NCBI GenBank assembly: GCA_963776315.1
Contig: CAVZMJ010000007.1
Coordinates: 69,752 to 133,751 of the forward strand
Length of the DNA stretch: 64,000 nt
Source: an uncultured Acidobacteriota bacterium
GTDB lineage: Bacteria; Acidobacteriota; Vicinamibacteria; Vicinamibacterales; 2-12-FULL-66-21
Reading direction: 5' to 3'
Part shown: in pieces, positions 1 to 9,423 of the stretch
Layout: each line of letters opens with the position of its first letter
How positions within the stretch are numbered: position 1 is the first letter of the stretch
Made by a program: the position numbers and the translations under genes
Notes under the pieces: model-generated
Told to the model about the DNA's origin: nothing
The model's database searches: none
The model's input: only the letters and a program-made list of their open reading frames with translations

Positions 1-379
1 GTTCGGCAAGTCCACGGCTCCCCGCGTCGGGGAACCCGGGTTCGTCGTCGAGCGCGTCGGTCATCTGAATCGCCCGCCCGGTGCGGCTCCGAAGATAGTC
101 GAGGCAGAGATTGACCGCCAGTCGGTACAACCACGTTCCAAGCGCCGACTCGCCGCGGAAGCTCTCGAGCTTGCGGTGCGCCGCGAGGAAGATCTCCTGA
201 AGCATGTCCTCCGCGTCGGCCGGGTTGCCCAGCATGCGAACGGCCACGCCGTAGAGCCTCCGCGAATGCGTCCGGTACACCTCTTCGAACGCCCCGAGGT
301 CGCCCTGCCGGCATCGCTCGACCAGGTCGAGGTCGTCTTGCCGTGACCGCCCCGGGTGTCTCGTTACGTTAGACGACAC
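1..379 (-). CDS. ECF-subfamily RNA polymerase sigma-70 factor, 5' part only (3' end lies left of the window)
   Basis: Absent from the ORF track because no stop lies inside the window. Reverse-strand translation reads ..RQDDLDLVERCRQGDLGAFEEVYRTHSRRLYGVAVRMLGNPADAEDMLQEIFLAAHRKLESFRGESALGTWLYRLAVNLCLDYLRSR.., which is sigma-70 region 2 as in ECF sigma factors. The start (GTG at 379 or 385) is tentative. Confidence 0.8.
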   Translation of the reverse strand, partial: MSSNVTRHPGRSRQDDLDLVERCRQGDLGAFEEVYRTHSRRLYGVAVRMLGNPADAEDMLQEIFLAAHRKLESFRGESALGTWLYRLAVNLCLDYLRSRTGRAIQMTDALDDEPGFPDAGSRGLAE

Positions 380-422
380 AGGCACCTGACGGCGTTGCCG
401 TCATTCTCCCCACAGTTTCGGT

Positions 423-758
423 CTATTTTTGCCACCGCCGGGCGCCGAACTCACGAACCCTGTTTCCTGAGACCAGAACGCCTTCGGCCCGAAGGAGCGC
501 CCGTTTCATTTCCAGCCGGCCCCCGTACCCGCCGAGCCCGCCTGCGGCGGCAATGACCCGATGGCAGGGCACGTCGCGGGCCGTGCACTCGCGCATGATA
601 TTCCCGACCGCCCGCGCAGCCCTGGGGCGCCCTGCTGCGGCCGCCACGTCGCCGTAGGTGGACACGCGGCCGGGCGGGATCCGACGCACCACGGAGAGCA
701 CGCGACGGGTAAATGGAGAGCCCTCCACTTGGGTCAATTCAGGAGCCCGACGAGTCAT
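423..758 (-). CDS. ogt: methylated-DNA--protein-cysteine methyltransferase (MGMT/Ogt) DNA-binding and active-site domain protein
   Basis: ORF 423..839 contains the MGMT active-site motif PCHRV. The first 27 codons of the tracked ORF are read out of the heptamer-repeat element at 785-878, so the internal ATG at 758 (MTRRAPELT..) is preferred. Confidence 0.75.
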   Translation of the reverse strand: MTRRAPELTQVEGSPFTRRVLSVVRRIPPGRVSTYGDVAAAAGRPRAARAVGNIMRECTARDVPCHRVIAAAGGLGGYGGRLEMKRALLRAEGVLVSGNRVREFGARRWQK

Positions 759-784
759 AGATGCGCCGCCGGCTGTCTCACGTT

Positions 785-878
785 GGGCTTCTAGGCTCTC
801 GGCTTTAGGCTCTAGGAAGATTTTCGAGTATTTGGTCAAGGTTTTGCTAAAGCCTAAAGCCTAAAGCCTAAAGCCTCA
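785..878. repeat. composite heptamer palindrome with conserved core (copy A)
   Basis: The left arm is ggcttct aggctct cggcttt aggctct (786-816). The core is gaagattttcgagtatttggtcaaggttttg (817-846). The right arm is (ctaaagc)x4 (847-874), the reverse complement of the left-arm unit type. Confidence 0.85.
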
Positions 879-895
879 GAACTGACCGGTTCACT

Positions 896-1750
896 TCAGA
901 ACAACAGCCGGATGCCTGCCCCGGCGTAGACGCCTCCCGCATCGACCGAGATCGTCCGATTGCCCGGCGCGTCGAGATCGACTGACGCTTTGGAGTACCG
1001 CACCAGCCCGCCGACGCCGAAACGGGGATTGAACATCCACATCACGTCGGCGCCGACGTTGAACGCAGGCGCCGAGCCTTTCTCCCGCGTCAGCCGCGCC
1101 GAGGCGAACGCGGCAGCGTCGAACGGGTAGGTCTCGGTGACGGTGACCTCGGTGACGATGTCCTGCTGGACCGAGAAGAACGACGGGCCCCCGGACAGGA
1201 CGAGCCGCAGCCGGCCGCCGGGATTCACCAGGTACATCGCCTGGACGTGCACGGCCGTCTCCGACCGCTTCACGCCGGTGGCTTCGCCCGTGACCTCGCG
1301 CGGCTGGTTGAAGAAGAAGGGGTGCGGAACGCTCGACGTCGTGCTGGCCACATCGTCGCGCGTGAAAAAGGAAACTGAGACTCCCGCGGCGAGGTTGTTC
1401 CAGAACCGGTAGCCCGCCCCGGCGTCGAAGATGAATCCGCCCTGAACGGGATAGTCGACGCTCGTTGATCCGGTCTCGAGGTTGCGCTCGAACTCGAACC
1501 GGTCGCTGAAGTCGTTCGAGGTGGCCTGGTACCCGCCGTTGAGGCTGACGTGGACTCGCTCGGGCCAGCTCTGGGCGGTCGCGGGAGCGGCGACGCAGAG
1601 CCCGAGCGCAAGGCAGACGAGGCCGACGATCACGGCACGATGAGCACGATGATTCGACCCGATTCGCCCCGTCGGGCTTCGTCGAGGTTTCGCCGAAGCG
1701 CTTCGCGCGAGGGCGGATGGGCACGACGAATTCCTCCATGCCTTGTTCAT
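896..1750 (-). CDS. outer-membrane beta-barrel protein (porin/OmpA-like barrel family)
   Basis: This is the C-terminal part of the fused ORF 896..3469. It has a signal-like segment VIVGLVCLALGLCVAAPATAQS, an alternating beta-strand pattern and the ending ..GAGIRLLF, with the terminal Phe typical of outer-membrane barrels. The start is uncertain (ATG 1750 or 1759, or GTG 1633) because 1631-1780 is a cacgatg/catcgtg inverted repeat. Confidence 0.65.
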   Translation of the reverse strand: MNKAWRNSSCPSALARSASAKPRRSPTGRIGSNHRAHRAVIVGLVCLALGLCVAAPATAQSWPERVHVSLNGGYQATSNDFSDRFEFERNLETGSTSVDYPVQGGFIFDAGAGYRFWNNLAAGVSVSFFTRDDVASTTSSVPHPFFFNQPREVTGEATGVKRSETAVHVQAMYLVNPGGRLRLVLSGGPSFFSVQQDIVTEVTVTETYPFDAAAFASARLTREKGSAPAFNVGADVMWMFNPRFGVGGLVRYSKASVDLDAPGNRTISVDAGGVYAGAGIRLLF

Positions 1751-1818
1751 CGTGGCCATCGTCTCATCGTGTCCATCGTGACGGACGCACGTGGGTCTTG
1801 CAGTGACGACGCGCATCC

Positions 1819-3469
1819 TCAATTGACTCCCACCGCAGTCCAGGCTTGCGCCATGGCACGTTCGGCGGCGCTGTTGGCGCCGAAGAGATCGCGGGCCGCC
1901 TGGATCGTCGCCGCGCGCGCGACGGCGAACGTCGCGTTCGACGGCAGCATCTGCGTGAACGCGCGGTAGAACACCCGTTCGATCTGCTCGCGGTTCGCCC
2001 CGCCAACGCCCTGGACCGAGAGCCCCGACGTGCGGTTGGTGCCGCCCTCGATCGCCAGGTAATAGACGTTGTTCGCAATGCCGGAGTTGGTGTGGACGCC
2101 GCCGTTGTCCTGGGTTCCCGTGTAGCGTCGCGAGTAGTGGTCGGGATCGCCGTACGCCTGGGGATCGGCGTGCGACCGGATCCCGCCCGGCCGAAACACG
2201 TCCTCGCCCATGAGGTAGTCGGCGCGCAGGTTGCCGCTGCCGGGCTGCTGGAAGTAGAACTCGACAGAGGTCCCCATGATGTCCGAGAACGCCTCGTTGA
2301 GCGCCCCGGATTCGTTCTGATAGATCAGGTTCGACGTGTACTCGCGTCACGCCGTGCGTGAGCTCGTGGGCGACGATGTCGAGCCCAGCCGAGAAGAAGT
2401 CGACCGTCTGACCGCCGGTCGTGACGCCAGGCGGCAGGCCCTCGCCGAACAGCATGACGCCGTCGCCGGCGTAGAAGGCGTTCAGATAGAAGTCTGGCAC
2501 GAGCGGGAAGAGCTGGAAGAAGTCCGCGCGCCGCGCGGGGTGCACGAGGCAAATGAGCGGGAGGTCGCGATTGTCGAGCCCGCGGCGGGTGAATCGCTTG
2601 TAGTAGTAGTCGTACGTCCAGCCCACATAGACGTGAGCGTCGACGACGGCGCCGTCGGTCCACGTGTTGTCGGCGTCCGAGCCCAGGTCGTTTGTCGTCA
2701 GCTGGATGACCTCGTTCAGGTAGTTGATCGTGCGGAGGTAGTCGCCGCGCATGTCGTAGGTGTTGATGGCCGGCGGCCGCAGCCGGTCGGTCGTCACGAA
2801 CTGCCCGCCGCTCGGCGAGACGCTGACCTTCTTGGCGTCGCCGAGCACGCCCTGCCCGCGCCCGACGGCGCTCTGCGTCTGGAGGTCGCTGAAGTCGAAC
2901 GCGATGCTGCCGTCGCGTGCATCGACGAAGTACTCCCGGATGTCGCCCTGCGCGGCGGCGCGCACGCGCCATGTCAGCACGTAGCTGTCGCCCTGGGGCA
3001 GGATCACGAGCTCCGGCGCCCGGCCGATCTCGACCCCGGTGCGGGCTTCGATGATCTCGCGGGCGCGGTCGGCCTCGATAGCCGGCGAGGTGTCGACGTC
3101 GACGCCTTCGTAGACGTTGCCGAACGCGGAGATGATCTCGCCGCCCCTCAACTGTTCGGCGACATCGGCGCCGAACACCCGGACGCCGCGGTAGTACTGG
3201 TCGTAGCGCTCGTGCGCGCGTCCGGCCACGAGCGGATCGTCGCGACGGATGCGAAGGCGCAGCTCACCCGATCGGCGCAGGCTGTCGAGGCGCGGTGCCC
3301 AATCGCGGAGTACTGCGGACGAGCTGGACGTGATGGTGACGCGCCCGCGACCTGGCTGCTGCGCGGCAACCGGCATCAGCCAGATCGCCAGCGCGCACCC
3401 GCAGACGGCCGCGGCGCCGGCACTGAGCCTGGCAGTCCTCCATCGTGGCCCCCCCCGCGAACGTGACAT
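1819..3469 (-). pseudogene. secreted thermolysin-like (M4) zinc metalloprotease, reading frame broken once near 2343
   Basis: The N-terminal part (frame of ORF 896..3469) has a signal peptide, a propeptide and the HEXXH motif (VAHELTHGVT). The C-terminal part (ORF 1819..2277) has ..DNGGVHTNSGIANNVYYL... The two join as [33 protein letters not shown] only if one nt around 2343-2345 is removed. Confidence 0.85.
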
Positions 3470-3479
3470 TGAACGCCTC

Positions 3480-5153
3480 CTATTTTCCCGTGATTGCTTC
3501 CGTCAGCACGCGCCCATCGGTCCTGGCGATCTTGACCCTGGCGACGGCGGCGAGCGTCGGCATCAGGTCCGCGGGCGTGGCGGCTGCGGTGTATCGCCCA
3601 GTCCGTACCGAGGCGCCGAAGAGGATCACCGGCACGCGCTGGTCGTAGGAATACTGGCTGCCGTGCGTCGTGACGGCCGTCGACATCAGCCACTTCTCGC
3701 GTGGAGCGATGACGATGTCGCCGCTGCGGCCGGGAAAGTGGCTGAGCGCCGCCGCGCGACGCACGCGATCACTCGAGGCGCGAGCCGACGCGCTCGCGAG
3801 ATCCGGTCCCCAGAACGCAACTGCGACACCCTCAACCGAGCACAACGCCGTCAACGCCGCCTCGCGCAGCACCTTGTCCTTCGACAGCCGCTTGTGCGCC
3901 GCATCGTCGAGGTAGATGTCCGTGTAGACCGATGAGAGCACGTGCGTTCCGGGCCCGATCGCGGGCACGAGAACGTCCTGCAGAGCGGCCGCCACGCTCT
4001 TGCTTGCGACACGGCCGCCGCCGATCTGCTCGGGGATCTCCGAGACGCCGTGATCGGCGCTCAGTCCGACGACGTAATTGCCGGCGCCGACGGTAGCGTC
4101 GAGGTGATCGAGCAGCCGGCCGATCGTCCGGTCGAGCCGGACCAGGAGATCCTGGATCTCGTGGCTGCGCGGTCCGTAGACGTGGCCGACGCCGTCGACG
4201 GCCGAGAAGCTCACGCCGAGAAAGTCCGTGGTCGGGCCCTGTCCAAGCTTCAGTGCATCGATGGATGCCGCGGCCATGCGCCCGAGGTACTCGTCGGCGT
4301 ACGGCGAGCGCTGCCAACGGGCGTAATAGTCCGCATCGATCTTCCCCCCGGGCACGGCAAGCGGGTGCGGGAACGTGCTCGTCCAGCCGACCACCTTGCC
4401 CTCGCCCTTCATGTCGTCCTGTCCCTGATACGCAGAGAGCGGAAGCGTGCGCTCCCACACCTTGTCGTAATCCGCGGTGATGGGGTTGGCGTCGATGAAC
4501 GCCTGCAGGAACGGGACCGGCCCCGGCGTGAATGCCATCGACGTCGTCCAGCCGCCGCGATCGTCGAACCACAGGACGGCCGTGGCTTTGTGCCCGGTCA
4601 GCGTTACGGCCGAGCGCGGCTTGAGCGAGAGCGCCACGCTGCGGCCGCCGCGATTCATGATCTGCTCGCCGATCGCCGGCACGCGCAGGAGCTTGCCGCT
4701 GTCGCCCTGCACCGGCGGCAGATGGTTGTAGCTGATTTCGGTCACCGTCGGATCGTCGGTGCAATACGGCGACTTGCCGGTCTTCGGGTCGAACCAGTTG
4801 TTCAGAATCATCCCGTGCCGGTATGGGAATGAGCCGGTGCCGATCGTCGAGTGACCGGGGCAGGTAACGGTGTTCAAGTAGGGATAAGCGGCCTCGGTGA
4901 ACCACGCGCCGTCGCGAATCAGCCGCGCGAACCCTGCCGAATAGTTCGACGCATACCACTGCAGGTAGTCGATGCGCATCTGATCGACGACCAGAATCAC
5001 GACGAGCTTCGGCGGCGCCGCGCCCTGTGCGGACACTCCCGGCGCGGGGCAGCCGATCCAGACGGCGAGTGCGCACATCCACGCGACCGTCAATTGGCGC
5101 AATCGCCTGCGCGTCGGGGCTCCAGGGGCAGCGTTCTTGTATGTGTGGGTCAT
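3480..5153 (-). CDS. alkaline phosphatase / nucleotide pyrophosphatase-phosphodiesterase superfamily enzyme (PafA-like), secreted
   Basis: Taken from ORF 3480..5567, starting at the ATG at 5153 (MTHTYKNAAP..). It has a signal peptide. Motifs VVDQMRIDYL, TVTCPGHSTIGTG, SADHG and THGSQYSYDQRVP are typical of NPP/PafA-type phosphatases. The start overlaps the upstream gene's stop by 4 nt. Confidence 0.75.
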   Translation of the reverse strand: MTHTYKNAAPGAPTRRRLRQLTVAWMCALAVWIGCPAPGVSAQGAAPPKLVVILVVDQMRIDYLQWYASNYSAGFARLIRDGAWFTEAAYPYLNTVTCPGHSTIGTGSFPYRHGMILNNWFDPKTGKSPYCTDDPTVTEISYNHLPPVQGDSGKLLRVPAIGEQIMNRGGRSVALSLKPRSAVTLTGHKATAVLWFDDRGGWTTSMAFTPGPVPFLQAFIDANPITADYDKVWERTLPLSAYQGQDDMKGEGKVVGWTSTFPHPLAVPGGKIDADYYARWQRSPYADEYLGRMAAASIDALKLGQGPTTDFLGVSFSAVDGVGHVYGPRSHEIQDLLVRLDRTIGRLLDHLDATVGAGNYVVGLSADHGVSEIPEQIGGGRVASKSVAAALQDVLVPAIGPGTHVLSSVYTDIYLDDAAHKRLSKDKVLREAALTALCSVEGVAVAFWGPDLASASARASSDRVRRAAALSHFPGRSGDIVIAPREKWLMSTAVTTHGSQYSYDQRVPVILFGASVRTGRYTAAATPADLMPTLAAVARVKIARTDGRVLTEAITGK

Positions 5154-5602
5154 CGTCTCAGAATCGGCAGATAGCAGAGTGCACCAATCACGACATCGTA
5201 GGTCGCGCAGCCGATCAGGTACCAGCGCGGCGCGATCGCATCCGGCAGCCAGCCGGGACGATGGGCGATGTCGAGAACCGCATGGGCGGCAAACGCCAGG
5301 GCGAGGACGGTCAGCGCGTGGCGCGGATCGCGCACCATCGTCGACGCCGCCACGATGAGAAAGCCGACGGCAAAGGCCACGTCGAAGCCCACGCCCTGCT
5401 GCGCTTCGTGGCCGATCGCGAATCCAATGTAGACGCCGGCACTCATGGTCAATAGCAGGGCGGCAAACTGGCCGAGGCGAAGCTCCGACACGAGACGGTC
5501 CGGCGACGAGGGCGGGATGAGCGATGTGCGGATGGCGTGCCACGCGAATCCGATCGCCAGTCCGCACCCCGCCACGGCGACCGTCCGCAAACCTTCAGTC
5601 AC
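5150..5602 (-). CDS. small integral membrane protein (about 4 TM helices), unknown function
   Basis: Taken from ORF 5150..5791. The hydrophobic part begins at GTG 5602 (VTEGLRTVAVAGCGLAIGFAW..), and there are four hydrophobic segments. I recognise no family motif. Confidence 0.55.
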   Translation of the reverse strand: MTEGLRTVAVAGCGLAIGFAWHAIRTSLIPPSSPDRLVSELRLGQFAALLLTMSAGVYIGFAIGHEAQQGVGFDVAFAVGFLIVAASTMVRDPRHALTVLALAFAAHAVLDIAHRPGWLPDAIAPRWYLIGCATYDVVIGALCYLPILRR

Positions 5603-5636
5603 GAAGAAAGTATAAGCTGGTCGACTCGGCGGGAGA

Positions 5637-7025
5637 TTACGCCCGCGCGACATCGATGAAATTGAGCGGGTCGATTCCGTAAGGCGTCGGATCGAGCGGC
5701 GAGAGCACACTGTCGGCCGCCGAGCCATCGGGATCGCGCTCCCAGAGGTTGCGCTCGAGCGGTGTGTCGTAGCGGGTGCCGTCCGGACCAAACAGGACCT
5801 TGACCCGCGGCCGATACGGATCGGGCGCGTGGACGCGCGTCACCACGGCGACCGAATTCGACGCCAGCTTGACGAGTGTGCCCGGAGGATAGATGCCGAG
5901 CAGCTGGACGAAGCGGCGCACGAGCTGCGCCTCGAAGTGCGCGCCGTCGTCTTTCTTGAGGACCGCGAGGACGCGTTCGGTCGGGAACGCCTGCTGATAC
6001 GCGCGCTGCGATCGCATGGCGTCGTACACGTCGGCAATGCTGCAGATCATCGTGCCCAGGTTGAGCGCGCTGCGCTTGGCGCCCTCGGGATAGCCGGTGC
6101 CGTCAAGGCGGAGGTGGTGCTCGAAGGCGACGACCGGTGCCAGGATCGGCATCTCGGGCGTGCGCCTGAGGATCTCGGCGCCTTCGACCGGGTGGCGCCG
6201 CATGATCACGAACTCCTGCTCGGTCAGGCGCTCGGGTTTCTGCAGGATTTCCTTCGGCGTGCGCACCTTGCCGATGTCGTGCATGAGCGCCGACAGGCCG
6301 AATTCCCTGAGGAGGCGCCCCTCGATGCCGAGCGCGCGCGCCTGGCCCATGGTGAGGATCGACACGTTCACCATGTGGGTGAACGTGTAGTTGTCGTAGT
6401 TGCGCATCGCCGTGAGCGCGACGAGCGCCGTCCGGTTCTGCGTCACCGCGTCGGCGAGGCCCTCCACGGCGTGCAGCGCCGCCGGGACATCCGGCTTGCC
6501 TTCGGCCGCGGCGCTCTCCCACAGGGTCTCCGCCGCGGAGACCGCGTTCGAGTAGAGCTGCCGGATCGCCGCCATGTCGCTCGCGATGCCGTCGCGCCCG
6601 GGCTCTTCCGAGGTGATTCGTCCGAGGCGGACGTGCGGGAAGTGCCAGGAGGGCTCGGGCCCGCCGCCCTTGGGCGACAGCTTGGCCACGCCGAGCATCA
6701 GGCCGACGACTTCTTCTGACGTGACTCCCCGCTCGAACGAGATTCGCTCGACCTTGTTCGCGAGCAGGCGATCGATCAGATCCTTCATGCCGCTGCTGGC
6801 CTTTGGCAGCGGCGTGTCGGCGACGACGAATTCGTTGTCGACGATGCCGACCGTGATCGTCGGTTGCTGCTGCTGGAGCGCCTTGAGGGCGGTGAGCAGG
6901 CCGTCGACGTTCCGGCCGAGGAGCGGATGGTCGGCGGAATAGAGCTGCGCCGCGCGGGTGCCGGAAGCGAACCGCCGCAACAGTTCGTCGTAGAGTGCCA
7001 GGCGCGCGCCGGGATCGGTGGACAT
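5637..7025 (-). CDS. HD-GYP domain c-di-GMP phosphodiesterase with N-terminal regulatory domain
   Basis: This is the C-terminal 462 aa of ORF 5637..8201, starting at ATG 7025 (MSTDPGARL..) behind an aggagcgggg ribosome-binding site. Motifs are ..LMHDIGKV.. and HHLRLDGTGYPEG. Confidence 0.9.
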   Translation of the reverse strand: MSTDPGARLALYDELLRRFASGTRAAQLYSADHPLLGRNVDGLLTALKALQQQQPTITVGIVDNEFVVADTPLPKASSGMKDLIDRLLANKVERISFERGVTSEEVVGLMLGVAKLSPKGGGPEPSWHFPHVRLGRITSEEPGRDGIASDMAAIRQLYSNAVSAAETLWESAAAEGKPDVPAALHAVEGLADAVTQNRTALVALTAMRNYDNYTFTHMVNVSILTMGQARALGIEGRLLREFGLSALMHDIGKVRTPKEILQKPERLTEQEFVIMRRHPVEGAEILRRTPEMPILAPVVAFEHHLRLDGTGYPEGAKRSALNLGTMICSIADVYDAMRSQRAYQQAFPTERVLAVLKKDDGAHFEAQLVRRFVQLLGIYPPGTLVKLASNSVAVVTRVHAPDPYRPRVKVLFGPDGTRYDTPLERNLWERDPDGSAADSVLSPLDPTPYGIDPLNFIDVARA

Positions 7026-7030
7026 GGTGT

Positions 7031-9256
7031 TTACCCCGCTCCTGCCAGCTCGGCGCGGGCGGCGCCGCGAGCGCCGGGCGCGCCGTTCGCGGACGCCTCG
7101 CGCAGGGCGTCCATCGCACCGGCGGTGCCGATTCGGCGCAGCGCGTGGGCCGCGGCGCCGCCGTATTTCCGGTTGGCGAGAATCGTCCACCAGTGTCCGG
7201 TGTGCAGCGCGACCGTCAGCGCCTCGATGGCCTCCGCGCCGCCGAACGATCCCAGCGCCTCGATGGCCGTCAGGTAGAGCTGCGGGAACCGTCCACGATC
7301 CATTTGTCGGACGAGGTAGCTGTACAGCGGCGCGGCCCGCTGGTCCCGCATCTTCAGCACTTCGCCGAGCAGCGTCACGCGCGTCTGCCCCTGGGCCGCG
7401 GTCAGCGCGCTCAGCAGGATGACGGCCGCTTCCTTCGTGCCGTTCAGCATGAGCCCCTGCACCGCTTCGCGCTGCACGAGCGGCTCGGAGTCGGAGAGGA
7501 GCGGCACCAGTTCCTTGAGGCTCTCGACGCCGCCGAACTCGCGCAGCAAGAAGGCCGCAGTGCGGCGGACCTCCCAGCTCTGCGCGTTGAGCAGCGGCCG
7601 CACGGCCTCGGCGCCGCGCGGACCGAAGCCGACCAGGAGATCGCGCAGGCGCTTCCTGGCTCGCGCGTCCTGTTCCGCGGCGAGCACCTCCGCCAGCGGC
7701 GCGATGATCGAGGGGCCGATCGCGTGGCAGATGCCCTTGAACCGCTCGTAGGTTGCCTCGTCCGCCGAGCGCAGGTGCGACGCCACGTGCTTCATGAGCG
7801 ATCCGGCCGCGAAGCGATCGAGAGCGGCGGCCGCGTGCGATCGCCGGAACGGGCTGGGATGGCCCTGCGCGATGACGGTCTCGATGAGGGTCCACGCCTG
7901 ATCGAAGTGACCGACGCGCACCAGATCGTCCGCGTGCGTGACGACCGTGTCTGCGACGTCGCGCCAGCGCGACGGGTCGGTCTCGATGTGCAGCAGGTCC
8001 GTCAGCAGATCCTGATCGAGGCTGCGCAGCGCCGCGTCGCTGACCGTCGACAGCCACGCCGCGATCCGTTCCGGAGGGTCGTCGCTGACGCGCTCGACGT
8101 CCACCGGCAGCGTGCGGGCGTGCGAGAGCTCGCGCGCGTAGTCTTCCGAGACGTAACGTGCGTCGGTATACGACGTCAGCATCTGCTCGACGCCGTTCCA
8201 CAGCCCGGTGAATTCCTCGGGATTCTGCTCGCGCGCCATGTCGGAGGTCGAGACTTCCTCGCGCGCGAGCGCGAGGAGCTGGCGCTGACGATCGAACTCG
8301 GGGACGAGCGACCGGAAGGCGTGCGCGAGTCGTTCGGAGGCGCCGCGTTCGGCGACGACCGAGTCGGCCACGAACCCGGCCACCGACGCGTCGCTCATGC
8401 TCTCGATGAGGGCGCTGACCACGTTGACGCTGCCCGCCATCGCCTCGGGCCGCTTCCGCTCCGCGAGGAGCGCGATCATCGCCTCGACCGAGAGATGCCG
8501 GGCGCCCCGGCCGAACTGCTCGAAGATCGTGTTCAACTGCTGCGGGGCAGTTCGCCCGACGTAATCCACCAGTCCGCGGACGATGTTGAGGAGCGCCGCG
8601 GTCTGGAGCTCGACGCCCTGCGGACTTCTCGACGCCGTCTGCTCGAGCGCCTGCATCATCTGCTCGAGCTTGGCCGGATCCTCGATGATGCCGATCACCG
8701 CCCGCATCGCCGCGTCGTCGACGGTCAGCGTCGGCCCCGACATCGCGGCTTCGATAATCGAGTCGATCGTCGCGGCGAGCCCCTGCTTTTCGCGCAGGAC
8801 CTCGGCGTAGTCGATCTCGGTGATCTCGAGGCTCGGTCCGCCGGCCGTGGCCCAGAGTCTGGCCATGCCGCCGTCGGCGCGCACTTCTTCAGGGCTTCGC
8901 GCCAGGAGCAGGAGCAGCGTGCGCCACGATTCGGCATTGGCGCCGGTGTTGACCGTCAGGCGGCCGATGAGATGGCGGTGCAGCAGCGCGGCCAGCTCCG
9001 CGACGGCCGGATCCGGCTTGGCCATCCGCGCCCCCTCGATCAGGAGTCCGTCCGACAGCACTTGGACCTTGTAGGGGCCTGCGTCGGTCAGCTTGGCGGT
9101 GGCCTGCTCGAGCCGGGACAGCGACACGCCGATTGCGGGGTGTCCGCCAGGGTAGAGCGATACCGCGCGCGCCGCGGCTTTGCAGACACGCGAGAATTCG
9201 GCCAGTCGATTGGCAGCGTCGGGCGCGAGCGGTGGCGTGGCAGGTGCCTCGGACAT
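7031..9256 (-). CDS. large HEAT-repeat protein whose N-terminal domain is paralogous to that of the downstream HD-GYP protein
   Basis: Taken from ORF 7031..9259, with ATG 9256 preferred over TTG 9259. The C-terminal third has HEAT-like repeats (SWEVRRTAAFLLREFGG..LVPLLSDSEPLVQREAVQGL..). The stop lies 5 nt before the HD-GYP start. Confidence 0.75.
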   Translation of the reverse strand: MSEAPATPPLAPDAANRLAEFSRVCKAAARAVSLYPGGHPAIGVSLSRLEQATAKLTDAGPYKVQVLSDGLLIEGARMAKPDPAVAELAALLHRHLIGRLTVNTGANAESWRTLLLLLARSPEEVRADGGMARLWATAGGPSLEITEIDYAEVLREKQGLAATIDSIIEAAMSGPTLTVDDAAMRAVIGIIEDPAKLEQMMQALEQTASRSPQGVELQTAALLNIVRGLVDYVGRTAPQQLNTIFEQFGRGARHLSVEAMIALLAERKRPEAMAGSVNVVSALIESMSDASVAGFVADSVVAERGASERLAHAFRSLVPEFDRQRQLLALAREEVSTSDMAREQNPEEFTGLWNGVEQMLTSYTDARYVSEDYARELSHARTLPVDVERVSDDPPERIAAWLSTVSDAALRSLDQDLLTDLLHIETDPSRWRDVADTVVTHADDLVRVGHFDQAWTLIETVIAQGHPSPFRRSHAAAALDRFAAGSLMKHVASHLRSADEATYERFKGICHAIGPSIIAPLAEVLAAEQDARARKRLRDLLVGFGPRGAEAVRPLLNAQSWEVRRTAAFLLREFGGVESLKELVPLLSDSEPLVQREAVQGLMLNGTKEAAVILLSALTAAQGQTRVTLLGEVLKMRDQRAAPLYSYLVRQMDRGRFPQLYLTAIEALGSFGGAEAIEALTVALHTGHWWTILANRKYGGAAAHALRRIGTAGAMDALREASANGAPGARGAARAELAGAG

Positions 9257-9289
9257 CAATGAATCAGTCGAGTCCGGGAGCCAATGGCG

Positions 9290-9350
9290 TCATTCATCAT
9301 TCCATTCAGCATTCAATTCAGCACTCAGCATTCGACATTCAGCATTTCCC
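9290..9350. repeat. tandem cattcag-type heptamer array
   Basis: The sequence is cattcat cattc cattcag cattcaa ttcagca ctcagca ttcgaca ttcagca. It sits in the divergent spacer between the HEAT operon and deoA. The same unit (as ctgaatg) recurs at 50940-50995 and 55807-55836. Confidence 0.8.
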
Positions 9351-9423
9351 CAAGCGCCCTGGCCGGAATTCTAGCAAATTCCACTATAGTAGACTCCGCT
9401 TTGAACCTCCTGACACGCTTGCC

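Noticed and set aside
896-3469. A single 857-aa ORF that would fuse a metalloprotease to a beta-barrel protein.
   Set aside because: The middle third is nonsense translation. It results from read-through after a frame change in the M4 protease gene (near 2343) into the frame of the downstream outer-membrane-protein gene. The protease's real C-terminus is ORF 1819..2277.
5637-8201. An 854-aa version of the HD-GYP protein extending upstream through the HEAT gene.
   Set aside because: The upstream 390 aa are Arg-rich nonsense in a frame overlapping the well-supported HEAT-repeat gene. A good ribosome-binding site and ATG at 7025 give a normal 462-aa HD-GYP protein.
6995-9262. Very long antisense ORFs: 6995..9262 (755 aa), 10840..12405 (521 aa), 24372..26330 (652 aa), 62376..63935 (519 aa), 51014..52330 (438 aa), and 20951..21808 and others.
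   Set aside because: They are Arg/Pro/Gly/Ala-rich with no recognisable motifs. Each lies opposite a gene with clear family signatures. Stop-free antisense frames are expected in GC-rich DNA.
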